Below are positions 19,198 through 28,031 of a DNA stretch of 53,367 bases, one piece after another (the first letter of the stretch is position 1; each line of letters begins with the position of its first letter). Source of the DNA: a virus (Duplodnaviria; Caudoviricetes). The translations under genes were made by a program, and so were the position numbers. The stretch is from positions 1 through 53,367 of the IMG/VR virus record IMGVR_UViG_3300003886_000006; one strand, given 5' to 3'. Below the pieces are notes generated by a model. That model made no database searches, had not been told where the DNA came from, and saw only the letters and a list, made by a program, of their open reading frames with translations.

Positions 19198-19739
19198 ATA
19201 TCAGGTGATTCGGTGTTCGCCGCCTGGGCGGTGAGGAAAACTTTGATCAGCTCCGCGTTGTTCCAACTGTCAGAGTTGAACATCTCTTTAGCCTGATCGA
19301 GACTGATTTTCGGTTCAACCGACGCAGCCGCAACCAGTTCAGGTGGGAACGTTTTCGTGTTGAAAATCGACCCGTCCTTCTTATCTTCCTGATCCGGCTT
19401 GTTACGTCGAACCATCGACTCGAACGCGGGACGACCAATCGAACGGAACGAGAAAGTGACGATTGTGCCCTCAGCTTCAACCAGCAGCCGGTCCAGTTCA
19501 GCTTGAACATCCGGTTCCTTATCAGGCATGTTCGATCTGCGGTCCTCATGACGGACCTCAATCAGCCGCTTCTGCATCTCCTCTATTTTGACAGCCATCT
19601 CACCGTCAATTTGGATGCGGACAGTGTGGACGATTGCCTTCTTCGCCGCGAGGATCTCCGCCATCGTTGAATGCTGCTTGGTTTGCTTAGCCTGCTTGTT
19701 GATCTGCTTATCGCCGGTCTGCTCATCGAGCATATGCAT
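19146..19739 (-). CDS. Tail assembly chaperone (lambda gpG equivalent)
   Basis: Between major tail and tape measure genes; ends just after the slippery site. Confidence 0.85.
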   Translation of the reverse strand: MHMLDEQTGDKQINKQAKQTKQHSTMAEILAAKKAIVHTVRIQIDGEMAVKIEEMQKRLIEVRHEDRRSNMPDKEPDVQAELDRLLVEAEGTIVTFSFRSIGRPAFESMVRRNKPDQEDKKDGSIFNTKTFPPELVAAASVEPKISLDQAKEMFNSDSWNNAELIKVFLTAQAANTESPDIPLFSNVSAVTPATESK

Positions 19740-19783
19740 CTCCTAGGTTTCTTAGCCCTTAGATTCTGAATGTTGAGAGGACA

Positions 19784-19813
19784 GCTAGACCCGTTAACCG
19801 TAACGGGTCTAGC
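19784..19813 (-). terminator. Hairpin after the major tail gene
   Basis: 13-bp perfect stem GCTAGACCCGTTA/TAACGGGTCTAGC, 4-nt loop. Confidence 0.65.
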
Positions 19814-19884
19814 CGACATGTTAAACCATGTTAAACATCTGAGGAGCTGTTTGGTTGTTACGACTGTTACAACCGTTACAACTG

Positions 19885-20376
19885 TTATGCGACGACTGCG
19901 TTCAAAACCGGGTCGGCTTGCAACGCGTATGTGCAAACAAACCGCATCACATCGCCGCGGGCCAGACGGGTGTTGGACCGTTGCGACACCCGCACCTTCC
20001 ACACTTCCACCACATCAGCTACCGCAATCGCGTTTGACGCACCGGAACCGCCGAACCGGGCAATAACCAGATGGGTGTCTTTCAGACGGGGCTGGGCGGT
20101 CCAAGCCGTGTCGGCACCACCGGCTGTCGCATCATCCCGGTAATATTCACCGGTGACTGTCCCGCCGATCGTAGCCGGAACCGACTTGTCACGGGGCGAC
20201 GACAGGTCCGACGAATCAGCGTCGGTGCCTTCCTCCGGTGTGTCAATCCCTGCTGGGGTTAGAAACGGTGTCACTTCACTACCGGCAGTGATCTCAACTA
20301 GCGTCGGGGCGGCAGTGTTCGCGATCGTGTCAACAACATGGACTTTAGTAAATCCGTCGGGGGTGAGTCGGGCCAT
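19885..20376 (-). CDS. Major tail (tube) protein
   Basis: DGFTKVHVVDTIANTAAPTLVEI...G actinophage tube-type N-terminus; GAGGAG RBS; synteny. Confidence 0.88.
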   Translation of the reverse strand: MARLTPDGFTKVHVVDTIANTAAPTLVEITAGSEVTPFLTPAGIDTPEEGTDADSSDLSSPRDKSVPATIGGTVTGEYYRDDATAGGADTAWTAQPRLKDTHLVIARFGGSGASNAIAVADVVEVWKVRVSQRSNTRLARGDVMRFVCTYALQADPVLNAVVA

Positions 20377-20531
20377 TGGTTACTCCTCAGTGTCGGCTCT
20401 CAAACCACAGCATACTTGCATACTTGGAAGATGCTTGCATACGTGGAAGATGATGGTACACCGTCGGTCGCGAGTCAAGCATAGGTTTAGTTCACGACTG
20501 CACATCGTTTGCACATCGTTTCAAACCTTTT

Positions 20532-21047
20532 TCACGTTTTAGGCTTCTTCACCGGTTTCCCCCCAGCCGTCTTCCGCCCTTTCGCAGCCGCCTTCTGCGC
20601 TTCTATAGCCGCCTTCCGTGCTTCCCTCATCTCCCGTCGCCGCGTCTCACCAGGATCAAACATGACATTCGCAGCATCGTCCCGGTTGCGTGCTTCAACA
20701 AGTTCCCGCCGCCGCGTCTCACCAGGATCAAACATTACACTGTCCCTCATCGCCTCTTTCAACTCTGCCCGCCGTTTCACCCCAGGGTCATCTTCGACAG
20801 TCACAGTGCGGGGGATGTTCACCGGCTTGTCCACAATCCGCCAACCTTTCGACCCGTATAAAGTCTCGAACTCGTAACGTGTCACCAACGTCGGCACGGC
20901 TGCTTCAAGATCAGGATGGTTGACCCAAACCTCATCAGGTAGTGTTTCAGATAACCTTTCAGGCACCCCAGGCAGCGTTTCAATCAGCTCTTCCCGACTC
21001 GCCTTTCCACTGTCTTCACTGCTTCTACTGCTTCTACTGTTTCCCAT
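20532..21047 (-). CDS. Hypothetical protein with duplicated MFDPGETRRRE unit
   Basis: 171-aa ORF in the tail module; 26-bp exact repeat at 20638 and 20710. Confidence 0.65.
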   Translation of the reverse strand: MGNSRSSRSSEDSGKASREELIETLPGVPERLSETLPDEVWVNHPDLEAAVPTLVTRYEFETLYGSKGWRIVDKPVNIPRTVTVEDDPGVKRRAELKEAMRDSVMFDPGETRRRELVEARNRDDAANVMFDPGETRRREMREARKAAIEAQKAAAKGRKTAGGKPVKKPKT

Positions 21048-21062
21048 GTTTATCCCTATCTA

Positions 21063-21503
21063 CTATTCCGGTGTGGTTCTAATCAGATACTGGTCGAGGT
21101 TTGAAAATATCGGTTCCGGTATGCCACGCTGCTCCACCAGTCCGGGCCGTGACAGATTCAAATCGACACTGAGTATTTTCCGACCTGCCACACCTTCTGC
21201 GGTCAGGTTTGTGAAAGTCAACACTCCACGGGCCAGATCCAACATCATCATCGACTGCTCATCCGATACACCTATCGCGGTTACCTGTATCCGACTGTCC
21301 GCGTCGGCATCCGGGTCGGTCCATGGCCCTTCGAAGCTGCTCTGCCCACCGGTCGACACGATCAGATACGGTGGTGAACAGTCGGGTGCTTCACCGCGAC
21401 CCACCCCGACACCCACACCGCCAAGCTGAACAGTTTCCAACACGTTCACTATTGCTTGAAACAGGGGGTTTTGTAACGGTCTAGGCATTTCACAACTCTC
21501 CAA
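21063..21503 (-). CDS. Tail terminator (DUF3168-like)
   Basis: APDCSPPYLIV and IQVTAIG motifs; precedes the major tail gene. Confidence 0.75.
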   Translation of the reverse strand: MESCEMPRPLQNPLFQAIVNVLETVQLGGVGVGVGRGEAPDCSPPYLIVSTGGQSSFEGPWTDPDADADSRIQVTAIGVSDEQSMMMLDLARGVLTFTNLTAEGVAGRKILSVDLNLSRPGLVEQRGIPEPIFSNLDQYLIRTTPE

Positions 21504-22320
21504 ATCCGTGGCCGACGGTGAAACCGGAGAACCGGTTCAAAATGCGTTGCCCCGAAGCGGCAAACGCAGTGTTCGGTCCCCGAACCACCGCTGACCTTTG
21601 CGCAGATAGCCTACCTGAAACCCACCGGCCGACAACTCTACGAAACACACGGGTCGTCAACGCGCTGCGCATGATGCTTTCCAAGTCGCCGGTGATTTTC
21701 GCACCTTGCAACGCTGCGCCACGCGCCTTGTTCATCCCACCGACACCAAGGATACGCACATCACCGACTGCTTTAGAGAACGAATATAGGGATGTGCGGA
21801 AAGTGCCGAGTGCGGCAGTCGAGTTTGCTATCGGGTTGGTGAAAACTCTCCGACGGCCCGCCACCTGCACAAGCTGCGTCATCGCGTCGGTGAACATCGG
21901 TTTGATCGCGTCGGCTGCGGGAATCATAAACGGATAGCGAATGAACCGGCCCGAGTTGACATGCAGAAACCCCCATTCGAGAAACAGCGCCTGTTGAGTC
22001 TCAACCCCAATTTCGACCGACCATTCACCGTATCCGCTTCTAAACACTGGACCTTTCCCACTCGGTCCGATCGAGTTGAATGTGGCACCGGTGAGGATGT
22101 GCGGCCGGTGGAACTCTTTAGCCAACCCGGCTAGATATTCGCCAGTGATTTGAACAATACCGCGCGAACCCATATCTAGCAGTGGCCCCATCGCAGCCCA
22201 ATGTTCCTGCACCACGTTGATGCCTTGGACCGTAATTGTGACGTTGAACGGGTTGAGTCGGGTCGCGACCCGGTTTAAAGCCGCCTGCGACGCGATAGGG
22301 AAAGACGATGGGGTTGCGAT
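21490..22320 (-). CDS. HK97 gp10-like tail-completion protein with C-terminal extension; start uncertain (GTG 22215 or ATC 22320)
   Basis: PHILTGATFNSI, ALFLEWG, YPFMIPA motifs; frame open upstream to 22329 and encodes FNVTITVQGIN. Confidence 0.75.
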   Translation of the reverse strand: MATPSSFPIASQAALNRVATRLNPFNVTITVQGINVVQEHWAAMGPLLDMGSRGIVQITGEYLAGLAKEFHRPHILTGATFNSIGPSGKGPVFRSGYGEWSVEIGVETQQALFLEWGFLHVNSGRFIRYPFMIPAADAIKPMFTDAMTQLVQVAGRRRVFTNPIANSTAALGTFRTSLYSFSKAVGDVRILGVGGMNKARGAALQGAKITGDLESIMRSALTTRVFRRVVGRWVSGRLSAQRSAVVRGPNTAFAASGQRILNRFSGFTVGHGFGEL

Positions 22321-22329
22321 GTGAACCCC

Positions 22330-22788
22330 CTAACAGATGTTGTCTGAATCGTCAGATGTGTCGGTGAGGGTGATACGTCGCGCCGCCAACTCCGACTCGT
22401 ACATAACATCGGAGACGACGAGTTTACGGTTGGCGAAATACGGATCAGATGAGGTGATGATTTCAACCACATCGTCAATCCAGATTTTCGGGGCGTCATA
22501 GGGAAGTAGACAACGGTACTGTCGGATACGGACCGTTTCCCCACCGGCAATCTCCTGCCGGTCACGTCGGAACACGATCGGGGAAATAAACGCTGCACCC
22601 GTATAGATCACTTCCGGAATGGCGGCAGGGTATTGCAACGTCGCCGGGTCGATCACGCCACGTTGCGTATCGGTGAGACGTGTAATCGCGACAGTCGTCT
22701 TCGATGTCCCGAGCGCACCGGTACCGAAAAGCTGATCGAAGTCGGCGCGTAACCCGTCCAGTTCAAGCTGGGTGACTAAATCTGCCAT
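22330..22788 (-). CDS. Head-closure/stopper protein (DUF6093-like)
   Basis: GVIDPATL...VIYTG...YRCLLPYDAP...DDVVEIITSSDP pattern; synteny. Confidence 0.75.
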   Translation of the reverse strand: MADLVTQLELDGLRADFDQLFGTGALGTSKTTVAITRLTDTQRGVIDPATLQYPAAIPEVIYTGAAFISPIVFRRDRQEIAGGETVRIRQYRCLLPYDAPKIWIDDVVEIITSSDPYFANRKLVVSDVMYESELAARRITLTDTSDDSDNIC

Positions 22789-23216
22789 CGGTCCACATCC
22801 AAAGTCGCGATTTCGACACTAGCCTTATCAACATCAACCCATATGAACGCGCCGATCCGGTCTGTCCCCAAAATGATAAACACTGTATCGTCGGCTTGAC
22901 ACATCATGTTGAAATCTGTTTCGGAAGGATCAGCGGACTGGTTCGGGTGGGAATGGAAAATCGCGACCGCCGACTCCCCCCGACTGTGGATCTCCTCTAA
23001 AGCTTCACGGATCAGAGTCAACGAAACCATGAACTGGTGGGGGGAACGCCGCTGGTTGATGAGAGGGCAGATACGGCCGGTGGATGAGATCAGACAGACA
23101 GACTCGTTGGGAAGATGGCTGATCGCGTATGAGACAAGATCCGGGGTTATCAGATTGAGGAGAGCAGTGTAGGTGGGGGAAAGGGACGAAGTGTGGGTGG
23201 GGGTGGCAACAGTCAA
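22776..23216 (-). CDS. JAB/JAMM (MPN+) metalloprotease
   Basis: PNESVCLI (catalytic Glu) and AIFHSHPNQSADPSETD give a complete E...HxH-x7-S-x2-D motif. Confidence 0.9.
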   Translation of the reverse strand: MTVATPTHTSSLSPTYTALLNLITPDLVSYAISHLPNESVCLISSTGRICPLINQRRSPHQFMVSLTLIREALEEIHSRGESAVAIFHSHPNQSADPSETDFNMMCQADDTVFIILGTDRIGAFIWVDVDKASVEIATLDVDRWQI

Positions 23217-23593
23217 AACTCTGCCCCCGCACTGGCCACATCCTGCTGATAGTCACTGTTTATCGTATCGTTCACATGCTTCGCAGTGGTGTCAATCAGC
23301 AGCTCATATTCTTTCACCTGCCGGTTCAACTCCCGCATCCGCTGCCGACGGGACATGAGCGACCCGGCCGATGTGGCGTCAAACCCACGTTTCACATAGT
23401 CGTTACGGCGCAGCCGCCAACAGATCAGCGCGGTGCGGAGAACATTCAAATTGCCGCGAACCGTTGAGCTGTAAATGGTTTCCAAAGAACCAAGCTGGAT
23501 TGCGGAATCGTATGAAGCATCGTCGTCGGAAAAGTCGGGATCGCCACCGATCTCGTCACGGATCAAAGCGAGAGTGTCTGTGTTGAGCGCCAT
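23213..23593 (-). CDS. Head-to-tail adaptor
   Basis: LALIRDEIGG...FSDD N-terminus; helical; between head and head-closure genes. Confidence 0.7.
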   Translation of the reverse strand: MALNTDTLALIRDEIGGDPDFSDDDASYDSAIQLGSLETIYSSTVRGNLNVLRTALICWRLRRNDYVKRGFDATSAGSLMSRRQRMRELNRQVKEYELLIDTTAKHVNDTINSDYQQDVASAGAEF

Positions 23594-23758
23594 AATGGTT
23601 TCTCAGTTCCTCTCAGCTTCCCGGCTTCCAAGGTTACTTCGCGTAGGGTTACTTCGTGTAGGGCGTAGGGTTACTTCGTGTAGGTTCGTGAAACAGTCAC
23701 CTGTGTGCGACTGTTCGCAGTGTAGGTTCGCAAGCTTACCTCCTAAAGGTTACTGTTG

Positions 23759-24847
23759 TCATCCAACCCCGAGCATCAACAATCTCGCGTCCCACACGTA
23801 TTCCCATGCGGCCCCGTTGATTGTCCAGAGACGGCCGGTGACCCGATCGTTGAACTGTCCCGCAGCGACCTCGGCGGTGGTGAGGTTGGTGAGGTCGGCT
23901 TGGGCGACGATCGGACCTCCGATGTCGTCACGTACTTCTGCTAGAGAAATGTTGCCTATGAACGGATTCGCCACCCCGTTGGAATGCCCACCGACAGCAA
24001 GTACCCCCGATGCGGCCGGTACGATTGCTCTCGGTACCCACACTGCCGCACCGATCTCCACAGTGTTTTGTAACACTGCACCTCTACCTGTCGTTGCCAC
24101 GTATGTTCCACCCAACAAGGTCGACACATCCGCCCCCGCAGTAATAGCAGCGTTAACCGATTGAGTGCCGTCAACTTCCTGCACCACAAGGGTATACATG
24201 TTTGCGGCACCGTCCATATAGAGCAGATAGCCGCTGCCGCCGACACCGAAAGCGTCGATGAGCCTGGGAAGGTTCGGATTGATCCAGCTTGTAGGAACCG
24301 AAGCCGTGAACTGCATATCAACGTCACCGACGATCCGTAGCGACGGGACGAAAGTCGAGACGGCACCACTAGCAACCATCATCTTCGAGAGAGAAAACTT
24401 GTCTCCAGCAACCGCATCTGCTGCTGGGATCTCCACCCACAAAGTTTGAAGCGTGGTTCCTGTCGGGTTGAGCGACACTGAGATGACGCTTTCTCCTGGC
24501 GGTACCGATACGGTGTCGGCAACGCCTCCGATATCATCCCAAAGGCGAAGCTTGACGTTGAGATTAGCTAACGTCCTGTTCGTAAGCGTACATAGCATCG
24601 TGTGTGCGCCCGGCGTGATAGGGATCGTAAGCCCACCTCGGGTGAGCCTGGCTGCTGTTCCCGTCACTTGAACGGTTCCTGTCAACTGACCGAAACCGTC
24701 TGCCTGCGGACCGTCGTCTACAACTGTGAGCCACGACGAATTCCATGGGTTCGACTGTACGATATGTGCCGTGTCAGCATCCAACAAATTGACATCATCT
24801 GTCGACAGATAGTTGCCTGGTGTGCCGTCGAATGTCAGAAAGCCCAT
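23759..24847 (-). CDS. Putative virion accessory protein with carbohydrate-binding/LamG-like domains
   Basis: Beta-rich; LAVGG...FIGNISLAEVRD LamG-like C-terminus; GGAGG-like RBS; head module. Confidence 0.65.
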   Translation of the reverse strand: MGFLTFDGTPGNYLSTDDVNLLDADTAHIVQSNPWNSSWLTVVDDGPQADGFGQLTGTVQVTGTAARLTRGGLTIPITPGAHTMLCTLTNRTLANLNVKLRLWDDIGGVADTVSVPPGESVISVSLNPTGTTLQTLWVEIPAADAVAGDKFSLSKMMVASGAVSTFVPSLRIVGDVDMQFTASVPTSWINPNLPRLIDAFGVGGSGYLLYMDGAANMYTLVVQEVDGTQSVNAAITAGADVSTLLGGTYVATTGRGAVLQNTVEIGAAVWVPRAIVPAASGVLAVGGHSNGVANPFIGNISLAEVRDDIGGPIVAQADLTNLTTAEVAAGQFNDRVTGRLWTINGAAWEYVWDARLLMLGVG

Positions 24848-24883
24848 ACGGTTCTACTTCCTTCCACTTCCCTCTATTCCCCT

Positions 24884-25213
24884 CTATTCTCCGGTGTCTT
24901 GAACAATCCGATATCTGGTCGCGACGAAAAACTTGCCAGCAGCCGATGTCGTATATGTCAAAGATTTCCCTGCGGCACATCGGAACAGTCCCGAATTGTC
25001 TGCCTCCCCACCAGCTTCAACAATCATGCCGCCGTTTGCCGGAATGTACTGCTCCCAGCGAAGATCCGCATTTCCCGATTCGAGCATCCCTGTCTGTGCC
25101 GTATCGGACGACATGTACACCATGTCGACAATGATTTGCTTGTCGGCTGCCGGGGCAGCAACCAGCTCCTTGTTGGTTTGTGCAACGGTTTGCCGTTCCC
25201 TGACGAAAGGCAT
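24884..25213 (-). CDS. Small putative structural (decoration-like) protein
   Basis: AAGGA RBS; LVAAPAADKQIIV beta-sandwich type; head module. Confidence 0.7.
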   Translation of the reverse strand: MPFVRERQTVAQTNKELVAAPAADKQIIVDMVYMSSDTAQTGMLESGNADLRWEQYIPANGGMIVEAGGEADNSGLFRCAAGKSLTYTTSAAGKFFVATRYRIVQDTGE

Positions 25214-25368
25214 AAGGTTCCTTTCCGGTTGTTACCTATTGTCTGATTGTCTAGTTTGTGAAACGTTGAAGGTTGAGGATTGTTGAAGATCATAGTAGTA
25301 GAGGGTGGGGGAAGTTGGTTGGTGGACACGGTTGACGCTACCCCAATCAACCTGGCATCATTCCAACA

Positions 25369-25956
25369 TCAACCTTTCTTCTCCAACTTCGGCACCAGCC
25401 CGCTCGCTTCCAACATCCGAATCATGTCGTCCCGTTTCGTCACCGCATCGATCACATCATCTTCCCAATCGGTGATGTCGCGGGCCAGCTTCTTCCACGC
25501 GGTCAACGTCCCATGTTTGCCTTTCCGCGGCGGGATCGCTTCGACAGGAACCTGACCGTCGACATCGACTTTCCCATAGCTGCCTCGACCCATCAGCTTG
25601 TCGGAAGCCATAATGTTGGCGTCTAAAGCTGCCTGGACGTATCGGGCAATTTCTGGTTCCCCCCGCGACTTGTAAAACTGGACCCGTCGGATCATTGCTC
25701 CACGGTCAAGGTTAGTTAGCTCAATCGACTCGACTTGCTCGACTTGCTCGACTTGCTCGACCTGCTCGACCTGCTCGACCTGCTCGACTTCCTGCTCAAC
25801 CTTTTCCTCTTCTTCGACTCCCGTTTCTGCATTTTCCTTCACTTCTTCCTTCACCTCTCCGACCAGTCCGGCCCATCCATGTCCGACCTGTCCGGCCTGT
25901 CTCTTCTGCTTCTTCATCAGCATCTCACTTTCTTCCATCTTTCCTGCTTCTTCCAT
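25369..25956 (-). CDS. Hypothetical head-module protein with (VEQ)n repeat
   Basis: Acidic N-terminus, C-terminal PPRKGKHGTLTAWK...KRDDMI; start placed downstream of the long hairpin. Confidence 0.7.
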   Translation of the reverse strand: MEEAGKMEESEMLMKKQKRQAGQVGHGWAGLVGEVKEEVKENAETGVEEEEKVEQEVEQVEQVEQVEQVEQVEQVESIELTNLDRGAMIRRVQFYKSRGEPEIARYVQAALDANIMASDKLMGRGSYGKVDVDGQVPVEAIPPRKGKHGTLTAWKKLARDITDWEDDVIDAVTKRDDMIRMLEASGLVPKLEKKG

Positions 25957-25965
25957 CTTTCCGTC

Positions 25966-26047
25966 TCCCAAGTTGAAGGGTGGATAGGGGAGTGATGGGG
26001 GAGATGCCATCCCACCGACCTTCCCCTATCCACTCTTCAACTTGGGA
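25966..26047. other. Long hairpin (26-bp arms, one mismatch)
   Basis: TCCCAAGTTGAAGGGTGGATAGGGGA / TCCCCTATCCACTCTTCAACTTGGGA. Confidence 0.8.
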
Positions 26048-26093
26048 ATCGACTAACCATCTTCCAATCATCTTCCAACTCTTCCAGATGTAA

Positions 26094-26124
26094 TGAGGGG
26101 GAGAGACTAGGTCTCTCCCCCTCA
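26094..26124 (-). terminator. Hairpin directly after the major capsid gene
   Basis: 14-bp perfect stem TGAGGGGGAGAGAC/GTCTCTCCCCCTCA. Confidence 0.7.
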
Positions 26125-26145
26125 GGGTTTCAGCTTCCCAATCTT

Positions 26146-27405
26146 CTACTCGCCGGTGTTGAACACGGTCGGATCGACGTAGGCAGCGCCTGCACCAGTG
26201 TCCTGATACATGACGACTGCTGCGCCTCTCTGGCCGACACCCGCACCCATATATCCGTCGTAGACGGAATCGTAGAGCGGATAGTTCTGCCGGTTACCTT
26301 CGATCAGTCTCAGCCCTCTAGCACTCGGGTTGCTGTGGGCACGTAAACCCACCACATTCCGGGTGTCGAAAGGCCCACCGGCGACTGTCCCGAGGAAATA
26401 TCCGGTCGGGTTGTCGTTGTTTTGCACGATGGTCCAATCGTTGCACCATCCTTCGACGCGTAAACCACCTGCGCCTGCGGTCCTTTGCAACCCTGCGATC
26501 ACACCTGAACCGGTCAGCTCTTGGGGACGCTCACCGGTTTCGGCTGGGATGAAGTTGGCAAACGACCTGACAAGTGGCAGGTTGTCACGATGCACATGCA
26601 GGATGAACGTCGCGTCACCGAACTCACGGAATCCGTGGTGAACCAGATGTTCAGACATGGAGTCCAAATCACCTTGGGCGAATGCGACACCCGCCGACCA
26701 CAGATAATGGGTGTGGGTACCGGCGAAAGTCCACCGTTTGATCGTCGGTGGAACTTCACCGTCACCGTTGTACAGCCGCTTGACTGCGATCTGGTCTTTG
26801 TCCGTGTAGTTGGCTGAGCCATACAACGCGGCTAGAACCAGTTCACGTCGAAGCTGCGCCCAGGACGAAAAGACGGTCGCTTGGACGGCAAGGAGCTGCG
26901 CGCCGGTCGCTTCGTCAATGTATTCCTGAGTGTAGCCGTCGCCCAAGTCGAAATGTTCGAGCGGGAATCCGCGCGACACCTGCGTCATACGGATCTTCGA
27001 CGGGCGACCGAATTCGGTCGCGACTTGGAAACCAGGGTTCGTCGGAACCCCAATCTTCTCAGTCGGGTTGATAACACCGAACGTGAGGAACGCGGTGATC
27101 GCATCTGCGGAAGCGTTGAACGCTGCCAACATTGCGTGCATGTTGTTCCAAATGTCGTTGACGTTCTGTCCGTCGATGGTGACGCCACGCATCCCGGGGA
27201 TAGTTTCGATCACATCGCCGCGGCTGATAAACCCGGCCGGGGCCGCGCCTTCTTCCGCACCGAAAATGTGAAGCGGGGAACGCCCCTCCATCACACTGTC
27301 GAAATATTGACCCAAGTTGACTTGCTTGAACAGATGTTCGAGCGTCTCCAACGGTCGGTTCATGGCCGCGTCGAGGGCGGCACGGGTGAGTTTGAATGTA
27401 TTCAC
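26146..27405 (-). CDS. Major capsid protein
   Basis: 419 aa; follows scaffold and decoration genes; AAGGA RBS; followed by a terminator-like hairpin. Confidence 0.88.
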   Translation of the reverse strand: MNTFKLTRAALDAAMNRPLETLEHLFKQVNLGQYFDSVMEGRSPLHIFGAEEGAAPAGFISRGDVIETIPGMRGVTIDGQNVNDIWNNMHAMLAAFNASADAITAFLTFGVINPTEKIGVPTNPGFQVATEFGRPSKIRMTQVSRGFPLEHFDLGDGYTQEYIDEATGAQLLAVQATVFSSWAQLRRELVLAALYGSANYTDKDQIAVKRLYNGDGEVPPTIKRWTFAGTHTHYLWSAGVAFAQGDLDSMSEHLVHHGFREFGDATFILHVHRDNLPLVRSFANFIPAETGERPQELTGSGVIAGLQRTAGAGGLRVEGWCNDWTIVQNNDNPTGYFLGTVAGGPFDTRNVVGLRAHSNPSARGLRLIEGNRQNYPLYDSVYDGYMGAGVGQRGAAVVMYQDTGAGAAYVDPTVFNTGE

Positions 27406-27420
27406 TGTTTCCGTCCTTTC

Positions 27421-27867
27421 TTATGCGGCCGGGAGCAGACCGATATCAACGACGAGGCGTGAACCTGTACCGTTGAGATCAGCAGCAACATATCCGACGA
27501 ACTGGTCGCCTACAGCCATGCCTACGATCAGCACGTCACCGAGGGCGGTAGCGTAGATGAGGTCACCGTTGGTGAGGGTCGGAGACGATCCGACTTCACT
27601 TTCGACAAATTCGGCACGGCTGAACACCGTATATTTGCGGCCGCCGATCACATTCTTGTGAGCGGAGCCGGTGGCGGGCGTCTTGCGGCCTTCCGGTGTC
27701 CAAATGACACCGATCACATCGTTGTTTGTGGCGAGGATGATTTCACCTGCAGCGTTCAGCGCGACACACAACATGTCGCCGTCGCCCCAAGCTCCTGCCA
27801 CTCCATCGAGTGCAGCGGCCGCAGTCAGACGAACCTTCCCACCTTCGGGGGTTTGGTCTAGTCTCAC
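27421..27867 (-). CDS. Capsid decoration/cement protein
   Basis: Gly/Ala-rich beta protein between scaffold and MCP; GTG start after GAAGG. Confidence 0.75.
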   Translation of the reverse strand: MRLDQTPEGGKVRLTAAAALDGVAGAWGDGDMLCVALNAAGEIILATNNDVIGVIWTPEGRKTPATGSAHKNVIGGRKYTVFSRAEFVESEVGSSPTLTNGDLIYATALGDVLIVGMAVGDQFVGYVAADLNGTGSRLVVDIGLLPAA

Positions 27868-28031
27868 TGTTGAAAAACCTTCTTTCTGCTTGTCAGGGTC
27901 GGGGAAAGTAGAGTTGGTTTGGTAACGGCTGGGCTGGTGGGGCTTGGGGCACCTGGCCCGCACACCTTCCCGATTCCACCATCATCAACTTCACTGTCCG
28001 GCCAATATCCGGCCAATATCCGGCCAGCTTT

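Noticed and set aside
22330-22332. Genome-wide TAG recoding
   Set aside because: Core genes are full length under the standard code and several end properly at TAG; only this junction has an in-frame continuation.
23681-23696. Third parS site (…TTCGTGAAACA)
   Set aside because: Only the right half matches, and it is part of a local tandem repeat.
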